Assembly (NCBI GenBank): GCA_021432655.1
Contig: MU271181.1
Coordinates: 201,189-265,188, forward strand
Length of the DNA stretch: 64,000 nucleotides
Direction: 5' to 3'
DNA from: Atractiella rhizophila
Lineage: Eukaryota
In this document: one piece after another, positions 62,962 to 64,000 of the stretch
Position numbering within the stretch: the stretch's first letter is position 1
Layout: each line of letters begins with the position of its first letter
Program-made: the position numbers and the translations under genes
The notes under the pieces: model-generated
The model's input: only the letters and a program-made list of their open reading frames with translations
The model's database searches: none
What the model was told of the DNA's origin: nothing

Positions 62962-64000
62962 ATGTCAACTCACGGCGAAGTCTACGAGTTACTTTTTCAA
63001 ATAGTGCAACCTGGTGATGAAAATCACATTGTCAGCAAAACGTCTGTTATCGAATTTCCTGCCCATAAAACAGTGGCAGCGTTAGAGAAGGCGATGCGTC
63101 AGGAGTTTCCGGAATATCTCAGCGACCACAGATTTGACTTGTGGATGCTGGACCCTAAGCTGCCCAGCAAGGAGCGACAACTTCTGAAGACAATCAAGTT
63201 CCCCTCCGAAAGATTGAGAGAACTTGACCCTGCGTTTCGGCTAGCAGATTATTGGCAACAAGCGCCCGCCAGTGGATTTCTACATTTCGTGGTAGAGTTA
63301 CGTCTGCCTTCTCAAGAACGCCCACCTTCTCGTAAGGATTCCTTGGTGATCCTTCTTCCACTGACCTGTTGCCTAGCCTGGCATTATCATGGTAGCCTGG
63401 ATGAGTATCAATCCCGCGCACGTATCAAGACATCGACAAGAGGATCATTCTTGCCTCACTCTCTTCTTGCAGAAAACCGAATCTTCCCGGTCGACGTCCC
63501 GCGCACTAGACCGGACAACTCCCATGAAGATGGCAACATTGCAGCGCTCCGCCAAGCGAAAGCCACGTTAGGCAAACCGTTCCTGCTCCCCGTTGATCCT
63601 GACCCCGCTATGCTCGCAATCGGAACATCGCTTCAAAATGAGTTTTTCGGAGGTGCTGGGACCCATGGCCGAAGAGCAACGAAGGCAGAGCTTAGCCATT
63701 ATCATCATGTTGCTGTGGTCGAGGTACCTATGGAGAGATTTTTAGACGGCAAACAGGCGTATGTCAACTGGACCTACTTGATGCCTGTCGCGAGCGAGCT
63801 TTCCTGCCAGAGATATGGATTGATCAAAGTGTCCGAATTCGTCGCGTAAGCTCTCGCTCCTTATCGTTGACCGCTGCCAACGTAACCTATTGTTCAGGGA
63901 TAAGTCATGGCCAATTTGTCTCTATCCTTGCACTCCTGAATCGTCAAACAACCCCGCCATGCAGTACAAATATCAGCCTCGCAGCGACTTTCAGATTCGA
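62962..64000 (+). CDS. Crinkler (CRN)-like protein with ubiquitin-like N-terminus; continues past the window
   Basis: KTVAALEKAM..FDLWML..LDPAFRLADYWQQAPASGFLHFVV fits the CRN N-terminal pattern (LxLW..HxxV); intron-like GTAAG sites at ~63332 and ~63846. Confidence 0.7.

Overview
Eukaryotic, intron-rich, transposon-dense DNA that looks fungal (probably basidiomycete, judged from 45-90 nt GT-AG introns and the TE families). Host genes: a Pcl-type cyclin, an Hsp20, a four-finger C2H2 transcription factor, a Crinkler-like gene running off the right end and a Pumilio fragment. Mostly decayed TEs: an EnSpm/CMC-like transposase with a divergent partner gene, three hAT elements (two with intact TIRs and TSDs), a solo LTR, a CACTA transposase and Helitron Rep/helicase fragments. 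The highlight is a ~6.5 kb minus-strand unit at ~22.6-29.2 kb. It holds an intron-containing Penelope-like reverse transcriptase with no visible GIY-YIG endonuclease, followed by an intact DEDDh (DnaQ-like) exonuclease ORF, an A-B-A'-B' hairpin array with conserved tips, an antisense three-exon orphan gene and a complete type I hammerhead ribozyme. An inverted repeat pairs the RT start region with the sequence just after the RT stop. All calls come from reading motifs by eye; no database searches or folding programs were run.
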